From Armatimonadota bacterium (GTDB lineage Bacteria > Armatimonadota > UBA10988), in the NCBI GenBank assembly GCA_016235455.1, contig JACRKZ010000032.1, forward strand, positions 13,639-77,638: a stretch of DNA of 64,000 bases, written 5' to 3'. Shown piece by piece: positions 1-8,872 of this stretch. Position 1 is the stretch's first letter; every line of letters starts with the position of its first letter. The translations under genes were made by a program, and so were the position numbers. Below the pieces are notes generated by a model that was not told the origin of the DNA, ran no database searches, and worked only from the letters and a program-made list of their open reading frames with translations.

Positions 1-1018
1 CGGTCCACTCGCTGTAGACCTGCCCGCCGCCGGCCACCTGCCGCGCGGTGTCCAGCAGGCAGGTGTAGGTCACGTAGTGCAGCACCTTGATGCCGGCGCG
101 GTGGCAGCGGTCCAGCGCGGCCTTGTCCGGCGTGCTGCCCAGGATCAGCGGGTAGCGCGCCAACGTCGACATGACGACGGTGTCGGTCCACTGCGCGGCC
201 GGCCGGTAGTAGAGCTGGTACTGCTCGACCGAGCGCAGCCAGTCGGGCGCGGGCTGACCGTAGTCGACCGGTGGGCCGGTAGGCACGACGGGCAACCCAT
301 GCGCCTCGGCGGCCGCGGCGCAAGCGCGCGCGCCATCCGCCTCGTCGACGATGGCCAGGCCGAAGCTGGCGTCGTGCGAGTCGCCTCGGCCGACCTGCAC
401 CGAGCGCGGCAGCGCTTGGATGAAGCAGCCGACCTCGGCCGCCTGGGTGGCGCCGTGGCCCCAGGTGTTGGTCGGCAGCAGCGCCAGCCCGGCGCCGCCG
501 TGGGGCAGCCAGAGCCAGTCGCGCGCGGGCAGCGTCTCCCAGTGGGCGCGGTCGAACGGTGTCTCAGCCGCCTCGGGCGAGGCAAAGCGGTCGGTCGCCC
601 AATCGCACGACCAGTAGTAGTAGTCATCGCCCGGCTCGCCCAGCCGCCGCAGCCGACTGACCACAAACACCGCCGGCACGTCGCGCTGGACGGTGGCCTC
701 CAACTCCAGCCGCCGGTCGCCCGCCACGGCGAAGCTCAGCGCAGCGCTGGCGCGCTCGGGCCCGTTGGTCAGCGCAGGCGGCTCGGCGCATGGTTGCGGG
801 GTGGCCCAGCCTTTGCCTTGCAGGATGGACAGGCGCAGCCGCGCGACTCGGTCGCCGCGCCGCAACTCAAGGCCAGCATCGGCGTGTCCAACCGTCAGCA
901 CCTGCTGACCGCAGACCACCATGGCATCGCCGTTGGCAGCGGCCGTCGCGCTGGGCGCCTGGGCCGACAGCGCCGACACCCATAGGAGCAGGAGCAGACT
1001 GCCCTGCCGCACAGCCAT
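1..1018 (-). CDS. secreted putative glycoside hydrolase, partial (runs off left edge); paralog of 2009..3982
   Basis: Not in the ORF track because no stop lies in the window. ATG at 1018 overlaps the GH16 TGA (ATGA). Translates MAVRQGSLLLLLWVSALSAQ...LELRRGDRVARLRLSILQGKGWA...RYPLILGSTPDKAALDRCHRAG, colinear with the 657-aa ORF. Confidence 0.8.
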   Translation of the reverse strand, partial: MAVRQGSLLLLLWVSALSAQAPSATAAANGDAMVVCGQQVLTVGHADAGLELRRGDRVARLRLSILQGKGWATPQPCAEPPALTNGPERASAALSFAVAGDRRLELEATVQRDVPAVFVVSRLRRLGEPGDDYYYWSCDWATDRFASPEAAETPFDRAHWETLPARDWLWLPHGGAGLALLPTNTWGHGATQAAEVGCFIQALPRSVQVGRGDSHDASFGLAIVDEADGARACAAAAEAHGLPVVPTGPPVDYGQPAPDWLRSVEQYQLYYRPAAQWTDTVVMSTLARYPLILGSTPDKAALDRCHRAGIKVLHYVTYTCLLDTARQVAGGGQVYSEWT

Positions 1019-1941
1019 CACGGCTGCGCCACCTGATAGACCCGCGCGTAGTCGACCTCATAGACGAACGGCGCCTTGGCCGGCGAGGGATCGCCGCCCG
1101 GCCCGCCGAGCGCCAGATTGAGGATGAGCGCGTGCTTCTCGGTAAACGGGTGCACCACGGTGGCGAAGTCGACCCGGGGGTTGGTGGCGACCTCGTGGGT
1201 CACCTCGTTGAGCAGCTCGTAGTCGCAGAAGATCTGCGTCCTCTCGGCCGAGCCGACCAGCTTCCACACATGGAACTTGGCCAGCCAGTCGGGGTCCTTG
1301 CCCACGAAGTAGCTGATCTTGGGTTTGTTCTTGTCGGGCTGGTTGGGGCTGTCGTAGCTGTGCCAGTGGGCGCCCCACCGTTGTGTGGTGCCCCAGGCGA
1401 AGTTGGCCAGCACGCGCCCGCCGTAGCATTCCATCAGGTCGACCTCGCCGCCATGCGGCCAGATGCCCGGGCCCGTGGTCCAGATGGCAGGGAAGTAGCC
1501 TGGCTGCGGGGTCAGCCGCGCACGCACGGTGATGATGCTGGTCGAGAGCTGCCAGTCGAACTTGCCCCAGGTGTTGAGCGACGACGAGGTGTATTCGGCG
1601 AACTGCCGTGACCGCTTCCAGTCGTTCGACTTGGGGTCGTAGTTGGGGTTCGGCACGCGCTCGCGCCGGCCCTCGATGACCAGCAGGCCGTCGCGGCAGA
1701 CGGCGTTGTCGGCCTGGTACCACTGGGCCTCGTTGTTGCGACAGAAGCCCTTCTCGAAGTTCCACTTGGCGGCATCGGGCGGGCCGTTGCGGTCGAACTC
1801 GTCGTTCCATACCAGGCGGTAACCCGGTATGGCCTCGACGGTGACCTCGGGCCGGAAGGCTGGGCCATCGGGCGTGGCCGGCTGACACCGGCCGGCCGAC
1901 ACGGAGAGGCAGAGCACTAACGCGGGCAGCAGCTTGGTCAT
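1018..1941 (-). CDS. GH16 family glycoside hydrolase (beta-glucanase/laminarinase-like), secreted
   Basis: LVWNDEF, WPHGGEVDLME (ExDxxE catalytic motif), LILNLALGG, YEVDYARVYQ. Signal peptide MTKLLPALVLCL with GAGG RBS. Confidence 0.9.
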   Translation of the reverse strand: MTKLLPALVLCLSVSAGRCQPATPDGPAFRPEVTVEAIPGYRLVWNDEFDRNGPPDAAKWNFEKGFCRNNEAQWYQADNAVCRDGLLVIEGRRERVPNPNYDPKSNDWKRSRQFAEYTSSSLNTWGKFDWQLSTSIITVRARLTPQPGYFPAIWTTGPGIWPHGGEVDLMECYGGRVLANFAWGTTQRWGAHWHSYDSPNQPDKNKPKISYFVGKDPDWLAKFHVWKLVGSAERTQIFCDYELLNEVTHEVATNPRVDFATVVHPFTEKHALILNLALGGPGGDPSPAKAPFVYEVDYARVYQVAQP

Positions 1942-2008
1942 GGTCGTCCTCACTCGTTGCGGCCTGGGTTCGCCCGGCTCAGTGCGGATCCTTCGCCAGC
2001 GCGCCGGT

Positions 2009-3982
2009 CTAGCGTCCAGGCTGAGCTGGCGGCGCGACCCGATGCGCACTGGGCGCCCGCTCGCGCCGCAGGTACAGCACCCGACCCGACCACGGCGCCA
2101 TGGTGAGCGTCACGCGGGTGCCCACGGGCGTCACCGGCCCATGGCCCAGGTCGACATACGGCCCTTGCACTGGGAAGGGCAGCGTCAGCTCAAACGGCTG
2201 GTCGGACGGGTTCAGCAGCACGATCCCGCCCTGAAAGCGCCGGAGCCGCACCGGCCCGACCGTCGCCATGGCGCCGAATGTGTACTCCATGCGCAGGTCG
2301 GCCAGTTGCGCGCTCAGCGCGCGCGCATCGTCGCGGGCATCGAGGCTGAGGCTGTCGGCCCAGGGGAAGCCCGACAGCCGCGACCAGGCATAGGAGAACA
2401 GCGCGGCGTCGGTGATCCGCTCGGTCGGGACCTTGGCCAGGTTGCTGACCACCATGACCGCCTTGTCGCTGCCCCACACGCCGGCACGCGCGCGAGTCAG
2501 GTGGTCGAGCTCGGTAAACGGATAGGCCAGATCGGCGGACTCAGCGCCGTAGGGCCGATCCTCGACCAACTGCGCATCGCAGATGGGCCAACGGCTGTCG
2601 ACCACACCGAGGCCGTGGTGCAGCACCACGACCTTGTCCGACGTCGAGCGCTTGGCCGCGGAGTAGACACGATCCAGCACGATCTGCCACTGGAACGCGT
2701 TGCTGACCGCCGCCAACTCGTGCCGGTGCCGACCCAGCCGCGCGCCGTAGCAGTCGGGGACAGGACCGGCGCGGTCAACGACGATGCCGTCGAAACCCAG
2801 CGCCATGAGATCGCGCACCTGCTGCTCAGCCGCGTTGACCAGATCCGGTTGGTGCAGGCAGGCGTAGTAGCCGCCCGGCTGGCCATGCGCCTTGCCCCAC
2901 TCGTCGACCCGCGGCTGGCCGCGTTCATCGAGGCACAGCCAGGCGGGATGGCCCGCGCGGTCGAGCGACTGGCACCCGGTCGGCGAATCGGAGACGCGCG
3001 CGGGGTCGAACAGGACCGCATACGACACGCGGCACAGCACCCGCGCGCCGACGGTGTGGCAGCGGTCGATCAGCGCCTTGTCCCCGGCGTTGGCGATGAC
3101 CAGCTCGTAGCGGCCGAGCTTGCCCCGAACCACCTCGTCGGTCCAATCGGCCGCGGGGCGGTAGTAGACGTTGAACTGCTCCAGCAGACGCATCCAGATG
3201 GGCGCCTCGGCGCCGAATCCGCGCGGACCTGTGGTGACCAGGACATCCCGCACACGCCGCACGGCGGTGGCGACATCGGTCATGGCCTCGGGGCGGTCGG
3301 CGAAGGTCACGGCGAACGATGCGCCCAGCGCATCCCCCGGCCCCAGCAGCGCGGCGCGCGGCAGTGCCGACAGGTAGAAGCCCACCCGCGCCGCCTCGCT
3401 CGCGCCATGGCCCCACAGGTTGGTCGGCAGCACGCCGAGCCCGCCCTTGTCGCCCGGCAGCCAGAGCCACTCGCGGTGCGGCAGCGACTCCGCCTTGGCG
3501 CGGTCGAACAGCGTCTCGCTCGGCCCGCCGACGCCGGGCCAGACATAGCGGTCCGCGGCCCAATCGCACGACCAGGCGAAGGACTCAGTGGAGATGTCGC
3601 CCTTCAGGCGGCGCAGCGAACTGGTGACATGCACGATGGGCTCGGACCGCCGCGCCATGAGGCCGACAGTCATCTCGCGCTCGCGGTCCAGCGGGTAAGT
3701 CACCTCCACCGACAGCGCGTCGGGGCCGTTGGTGATCTTCGGCGGCCTCGACTGCGCCGGCCTGGCCCAGCCACCGCCCTGAGCGATGGCCAGCGACCAA
3801 CGCGCGCACTGCTCGCCGCGACGCAACTCCAGGCTGGCGTCGGCCAGGCTGATGACCATCGACAGTTCACCAACCCGCAGGCCGCTACCGCCCGGCGGCG
3901 CCAGGACGGCCGTCGTCTGGGCCGTCAGAGCACGCCCGGTGAGCAACAGCCCGAGAAGCAACCACGCGGCGCGAGTTGCCAT
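2009..3982 (-). CDS. secreted putative glycoside hydrolase (TIM-barrel, GH27/36/GHL-like) with N-terminal beta-sandwich
   Basis: Signal peptide; YYACLHQPD...GFDGIVVD barrel signature; C-terminal RRFQGGIVLLNPS beta domain. Confidence 0.6.
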   Translation of the reverse strand: MATRAAWLLLGLLLTGRALTAQTTAVLAPPGGSGLRVGELSMVISLADASLELRRGEQCARWSLAIAQGGGWARPAQSRPPKITNGPDALSVEVTYPLDREREMTVGLMARRSEPIVHVTSSLRRLKGDISTESFAWSCDWAADRYVWPGVGGPSETLFDRAKAESLPHREWLWLPGDKGGLGVLPTNLWGHGASEAARVGFYLSALPRAALLGPGDALGASFAVTFADRPEAMTDVATAVRRVRDVLVTTGPRGFGAEAPIWMRLLEQFNVYYRPAADWTDEVVRGKLGRYELVIANAGDKALIDRCHTVGARVLCRVSYAVLFDPARVSDSPTGCQSLDRAGHPAWLCLDERGQPRVDEWGKAHGQPGGYYACLHQPDLVNAAEQQVRDLMALGFDGIVVDRAGPVPDCYGARLGRHRHELAAVSNAFQWQIVLDRVYSAAKRSTSDKVVVLHHGLGVVDSRWPICDAQLVEDRPYGAESADLAYPFTELDHLTRARAGVWGSDKAVMVVSNLAKVPTERITDAALFSYAWSRLSGFPWADSLSLDARDDARALSAQLADLRMEYTFGAMATVGPVRLRRFQGGIVLLNPSDQPFELTLPFPVQGPYVDLGHGPVTPVGTRVTLTMAPWSGRVLYLRRERAPSAHRVAPPAQPGR

Positions 3983-4002
3983 GGTGTCCCCCCTGCTCTT
4001 AG

Positions 4003-5010
4003 CTACTTCTCGGCCGGCTTGGGCTCGGCCAGCGGCACCAGCACCCAGCGGCTCTCACCATCGGTGCCGTTCTGGATGCGCGCGCCGCGAATACGCAGAG
4101 TGGCCGGCTTGTCGTCGGGCCCCAGCGCAAAGAACAGCCGCACTGCGCGCTCAGCACCTGCCGCCAGCGGCATGTCCATCACCTTGCCGGCCTTGGCCAT
4201 GACCAGCGTGACCTTGTCCACCTCGGTCTCGTCTTCCAGCACCAGCACCGCATCGAGCGCGGCCCAGCTGATCTGCAGCGGCGCGGCCACATCGTTGCGC
4301 AGCGTGATGGTCACCGCATGCCAGACCTTGCCTTCGTCGAGTTGCACGTCGGCGATCTGGTCGGTGGCGCGCGCGCTGGCATCGACGCGCACGCTCAGGT
4401 TGCCGATGACCGCCCACTCGGCCAGCTTGGCCGCCAACTGCGGCAGTGGCGTCAGCCCGGTCTCGTCCTTGGGGTCGGCCCAACCAGCCGGCAGCTTGCC
4501 GATCTTGCCCGCCACGGCGTAGCGGATGACCGGGTCCGCGTCGTCGTTGGGCAGAATGATGAGCTTGGCGATACTCACCTTGGCCGGTAGCGGAATGACC
4601 GCATAGCAGCGGATCTTCTGCGCCGGCTTGAGCTGCATGGAGACGATCTCGCCCGTGTCCTGCTTGGCGTAGTCGCCCGAGTACTCATGGTTGTTCTGCT
4701 CGGTGTCCACGGCGGTCATGCGGATCGAGTCGAAGCGGAACAGCCACTCCACCTTCTGCGCGTTCTGCACGGCGAAGTAGACCCGTAGCAGCTTCTCCTC
4801 GGCGCCGCAGGGCCGCGCGTTCTCACCCAGGCGCACCGGGCTGAGCGTGTAGTCGACCTTCTCGAGCGTGAACTGCAGCGGGTACTCGCGATTGATGGCA
4901 TACGGCTTGCCGAACTCGCCGTCCGGGCCAGGTCGCTGGTCGACCTGGGCAGCCACAAAGGACACCGGCAGCAAGGCCAGGAGCAGTAGCGGCAGCAGCT
5001 TGGCGGACAT
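4003..5010 (-). CDS. secreted hypothetical protein with two Ig-like (DUF4352-like) domains
   Basis: Signal peptide MSAKLLPLLLLALL after GGAGG RBS; two beta-rich repeats (VYFAVQN / VTITLRN). Confidence 0.6.
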   Translation of the reverse strand: MSAKLLPLLLLALLPVSFVAAQVDQRPGPDGEFGKPYAINREYPLQFTLEKVDYTLSPVRLGENARPCGAEEKLLRVYFAVQNAQKVEWLFRFDSIRMTAVDTEQNNHEYSGDYAKQDTGEIVSMQLKPAQKIRCYAVIPLPAKVSIAKLIILPNDDADPVIRYAVAGKIGKLPAGWADPKDETGLTPLPQLAAKLAEWAVIGNLSVRVDASARATDQIADVQLDEGKVWHAVTITLRNDVAAPLQISWAALDAVLVLEDETEVDKVTLVMAKAGKVMDMPLAAGAERAVRLFFALGPDDKPATLRIRGARIQNGTDGESRWVLVPLAEPKPAEK

Positions 5011-5043
5011 GGACACCTCCCCAGTGAGCACTGCCCAAACGTA

Positions 5044-5080
5044 ACAGGCGGCCGCCCCGAGTTCAAGGGCCGCCGCCTGT
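5044..5080 (-). terminator. hairpin, probable terminator/attenuator
   Basis: ACAGGCGGC...GCCGCCTGT inverted repeat just downstream of the 5102 stop. Confidence 0.45.
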
Positions 5081-5101
5081 CCGTTCGAGCTGAACCGTCG
5101 G

Positions 5102-5749
5102 CTAGTTGGCCGGTCGCGGCTGCGGCTCGGGCATCTTGATCGCCACGGTGGCGACCTTGGTGGCCTCGACATACTGAGCCAAGGTGCGGTTGCCCTGCGC
5201 GATGACTTCCCAGTTCTTGGCGCTCGCGGCCTTCATGATCTGCGCCTGGGCGGCGATGGTGACCGCGTAGGTCCGGTCGCCGGCCTTGACCTTGAGCTTG
5301 TTGCCCTCCACGGCGATGATCTTGCCGATGATCGGCTTGGGGGCGTCGGCTCCCTGGCCCTGCGGCCCGCGCATCATGCCCACGCGGAAGGCCAGCGCCT
5401 TGATCATGGCTTCGGCGTTGGGATTCTCGGCGCTCTCCTTGGCAAAGGCCAGGCTGCGCGTCTCAAACGCTTCGCCCGCGGCCACCGGCGCCACGGCGAC
5501 CAGCGCCTCGACCTCGATCGCTGCGGCCTCGACGCGGGTCACCACGCCAAACCGGGTGTCGCCGGTCAGCTTGAGCTCGGTGGTAGTGGGGTTCTGGCCC
5601 CGGCCCTTGACGGTCAGCGCCGTGGCGCTGATGGCGTCTGCCGTGCCATACGCAAAAGCCGGCTTGGCGTCTTGGGCACGCACCGGCGCGCTGTGCAGCA
5701 GCGCCGCACAGGCCGCGGCGCCGGCAAACAACATGGCTCGTCGCTTCAT
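5102..5749 (-). CDS. secreted hypothetical protein (two OB-fold/DUF5666-like repeats)
   Basis: GGAGAG RBS, signal peptide MKRRAMLFAG...VRA; repeated G-x-I/A-x-A-x-x-G-x-x-L-x-V-K pattern. Confidence 0.65.
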   Translation of the reverse strand: MKRRAMLFAGAAACAALLHSAPVRAQDAKPAFAYGTADAISATALTVKGRGQNPTTTELKLTGDTRFGVVTRVEAAAIEVEALVAVAPVAAGEAFETRSLAFAKESAENPNAEAMIKALAFRVGMMRGPQGQGADAPKPIIGKIIAVEGNKLKVKAGDRTYAVTIAAQAQIMKAASAKNWEVIAQGNRTLAQYVEATKVATVAIKMPEPQPRPAN

Positions 5750-6052
5750 CGTTCTCTCCCTCGGTGGTCGTTACGCGCGTCGGCGGCGAAACGTACGACT
5801 GGAGCCGATGCGTTGACCAGATTGAAGGTTCGACGCCGCGTGGGCGACACCTGTTGCCCCGGCGCAGCCGCCGATGAGTCGGTGCGCATATCGTGGGACG
5901 AGAGGCCAACGCCACCGCCGGCCGCCCTGCGGCGGATTGGCCATGGCGGCTGGTCGAACTCGCTCTCGTGGCCCTCGATGACCCCGACCGCGAACCGCCG
6001 CAGCGGCACGACGCACAAGCGACATGGGTCTATACTGTCTGGCGAGGATGCC

Positions 6053-7015
6053 ATGTCAGACACACCGCGCCGGCCCGAATGGCTGAAGATGCCCTACCCC
6101 GACGGCAGCAACTTCCGCGACCTCAAGGGGCTCGTCGGCGACCAGAAGCTGCATACCGTGTGTGAATCGGCCCGCTGCCCCAACATCGGCGAGTGCTGGA
6201 ACCATCGCACGGCCACCTTCATGCTGCTGGGCGATGTGTGCACACGCAGTTGCGGCTTCTGCAACATCGCCACCGGCCGGCCGGGACCCGTGGACGAAGG
6301 CGAGCCCGAGCGCGTGGCCGAGGCCGTGGCCTATCTGGGCCTGCGCTATGCCGTGCTGACGTCGGTCAACCGCGACGAGCTGCCCGATGGCGGCGCCGGC
6401 ATCTATGCGCGCACGCTGACCGCCATCCACCGCGTGCTGCCCACCTGCCAGGTGGAAGTGCTCATCCCCGACTTCCGCGGCGACGAGCCCGCGCTGCACA
6501 CCGTGCTCGACGCCGACCCCTGCGTGCTCAACCACAACGTCGAGACGGTGCCACGTCTCTACTCGTACGTGCATCCGCAGGCCAAGTACGACCGCGACCT
6601 GACGCTGTTCCGCCGCAGCCGCGCCTACCGGCCCGACATCCCCGTCAAGACCGGGCTCATGGTCGGCCATGGCGAGACCTTCGAGGAGTGCGTGTCGCTC
6701 ATGGCGGACCTGCTGGCGGCCGGCGTGAGCACCATGACCATCGGTCAGTACCTGCGGCCGACGCCCAAGCACCTGCCCATCGTGCGCTACTGGTCGCCCG
6801 CCGAGTTCGCCGACCTGCGGCGCGCCGGGCTCGACCTGGGCTTCGCGCACATCGAGGCCGGGCCGCTGGTGCGCAGCAGCTACCATGCCGCCGAGCAAGA
6901 GGCGGCCGCTTCGGGCAAGGAGTTTGGGCCGGTGACCAGCGAGCAGCCGACGCGCGCACCGGGCGAGGCAGGCCGGCGGGGGCTGGCGGTGCGGCCGGCT
7001 CCCGCGGACCGCTGA
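6053..7015 (+). CDS. lipA: lipoyl synthase (radical SAM)
   Basis: CESARCPNIGEC and CTRSCGFC motifs, NHNVETV, GQYLRP, GPLVRSSYHA; TATACT and GAGG upstream. Confidence 0.97.
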   Translation: MSDTPRRPEWLKMPYPDGSNFRDLKGLVGDQKLHTVCESARCPNIGECWNHRTATFMLLGDVCTRSCGFCNIATGRPGPVDEGEPERVAEAVAYLGLRYAVLTSVNRDELPDGGAGIYARTLTAIHRVLPTCQVEVLIPDFRGDEPALHTVLDADPCVLNHNVETVPRLYSYVHPQAKYDRDLTLFRRSRAYRPDIPVKTGLMVGHGETFEECVSLMADLLAAGVSTMTIGQYLRPTPKHLPIVRYWSPAEFADLRRAGLDLGFAHIEAGPLVRSSYHAAEQEAAASGKEFGPVTSEQPTRAPGEAGRRGLAVRPAPADR

Positions 7016-7048
7016 GCGACCCGTCGCCGAGCCTGGTCGCGTTGAGGG

Positions 7049-8647
7049 TCAGCCACCATCGTCGACGGCGCGCGTTGCTGGCTGCTGAGCAGCGCCCGGT
7101 GCGCTGCGTCCCTGGACCTTGCTGAGTTCGAGTAGCGCCTTCAGTTCGCGCACGATCTCAGGGCGCTCAAAGTAGAGATTGACCCTCTCCCCCGGATCGG
7201 TTACCAGGTTGTACAGCTGGCCCGGCGCATCGGGGGCGGTATCCGGCAGAGCGAAGGGCTTCATCTCCGCGCCATCGTAGTTGTTTCCGCCCGAGCCGCG
7301 GTGATCCAGGTACTTCCAAGGCCCTCTGCGGATGGCGAGCGCCAGGCTCATGGTCTCGTGCAAGGTGTAGGGCCGAGGCTCCGCGCCGTTGGCCCGGCCG
7401 AGCATCACGGGCAGAAGGTCGAAGCTATCCTCGGCGGCGTTGGCCGGCAACTCCGCGCCGGTGATGGCCGCGCACGACGCCATGATATCCGTGAGGCAGG
7501 CTACCTGGTCGCTGCTGCTGCCGGCGGCGATCCGCCCCGGCCAGCGCACGATGAAGGGCACGCGATGGCCGCCTTCCCACTGGTCGCGCTTCACACCGCG
7601 CCAGGGCCGCGCGCCGTCATGACCGTAGTCCGCGCGCATGTGTACGACGCTTGTGGTTTCTGGCCCGTTGTCGCTGGAGAACATCACCAAGGTGTTGTCG
7701 GCCAGGCCAAGCTCATCCAGCGACCGCATCAGTTCGCCGACAATGAAGTCGAGTTCATGGATGAAGTCGCCATGCGGACCGGCCTTCGTACTCCCTTGGA
7801 ACTGCTTCGCCGCGAACGAGGGCAGATGCACCGCGCTCATCGAGTGCAGCAGGAAGAACGGCTTGTCAGGCTGGGTCTGCGCGTGCTTCTCCAGGAACTC
7901 GCGGCTCTTCCTGAGGAACACCATGTCCAGTTCCTCAAGGTCGTAGTCCGGGGCAATCAGGCCCGCGCGGTTGTCGAAGGCATATGGATGCTTGGGCAGC
8001 TTCGACTTGTCGAGCAGCCCCGTCGGCGGCACGGGTATGCGATCGCCGTCGATGAAGGCATAGAGGTAGTCGGTGGCCGGGCAGCACGCAGTGCCGAAGA
8101 ACTGGTCGAAGCCGCGGTGGATCGGCGCGTCGGGAATGGGTCGCGAGTAATCGATCTGCTTCACGCCATCGACGCCACCCTTGGTGATGCGCTGGCCGTC
8201 CTTGTCCAGGAAGCTCAGCCCGACGTGCCACTTGCCCGTCATGGCCGTGGCGTAGCCCTGCTGGCGGAGCATCTGCGGCAGCGTCAGCCGATCCGCCTCG
8301 ATGAGACAGGGACCACCCACGCCTTCGAAAACACTGCGGTAGGGGATGCGGAAGGCCATGCGCCCGGTGAGCAGGCTGTAGCGGCTGGGCGTACAGACCG
8401 CGGCGGGAGCATGCGCGTCGGTAAAGCGCATCCCTGCGCGGGCCAGCCGATCCAGGTTCGGCGTGGGCACCTTGGATTGCGCGTTGTAGCAGCCGACATC
8501 GCCGTAGCCCAGGTCGTCCGCGAGGATGAACAGGATGTTGGGCTTCTTGGGCGGCGCGGCCTCGGCCCGGGCCGTGCCCAGCGACGCCATGGGCAGCGCG
8601 GCGAGGAGCGCGAGGGTCCGCTTGAGGCCTGGTTTCTTGCGTGCCAT
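7049..8647 (-). CDS. arylsulfatase (Cys-type, formylglycine-dependent), secreted
   Basis: PNILFILADDLGYGD, CTPSRYSLLTG, GKWH, SSDNG, EGGHRVPF. Confidence 0.95.
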   Translation of the reverse strand: MARKKPGLKRTLALLAALPMASLGTARAEAAPPKKPNILFILADDLGYGDVGCYNAQSKVPTPNLDRLARAGMRFTDAHAPAAVCTPSRYSLLTGRMAFRIPYRSVFEGVGGPCLIEADRLTLPQMLRQQGYATAMTGKWHVGLSFLDKDGQRITKGGVDGVKQIDYSRPIPDAPIHRGFDQFFGTACCPATDYLYAFIDGDRIPVPPTGLLDKSKLPKHPYAFDNRAGLIAPDYDLEELDMVFLRKSREFLEKHAQTQPDKPFFLLHSMSAVHLPSFAAKQFQGSTKAGPHGDFIHELDFIVGELMRSLDELGLADNTLVMFSSDNGPETTSVVHMRADYGHDGARPWRGVKRDQWEGGHRVPFIVRWPGRIAAGSSSDQVACLTDIMASCAAITGAELPANAAEDSFDLLPVMLGRANGAEPRPYTLHETMSLALAIRRGPWKYLDHRGSGGNNYDGAEMKPFALPDTAPDAPGQLYNLVTDPGERVNLYFERPEIVRELKALLELSKVQGRSAPGAAQQPATRAVDDGG

Positions 8648-8872
8648 ACCATCCGTCCTTCGACTGCTCGGGGGCTCGTCCGGCGGCCCTGCCCACAGAT
8701 GCTACCACCAGTGTCAAACGGTTGCTCCGCGCCGGCGGCGGCGAGGCAGATCGTGTGGCCGACGGCCCGAGCGCCGGGGTCGGCTTCTTGGCCGAACGGC
8801 TGCATCGCACTACACTGTGGAACATGGTGTCGCACCTGGAGCCGAAGATGGTTCGTCGTTGGTGGTGGTTGA

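Noticed and set aside
1934-4522. 862-aa plus-strand ORF, and similar long ORFs at 33385..35865, 44275..46596, 49439..51844 and 56614..59367
   Set aside because: Antisense shadows of well-supported genes in high-GC DNA; Arg/Gly/Ala-rich with no motifs.
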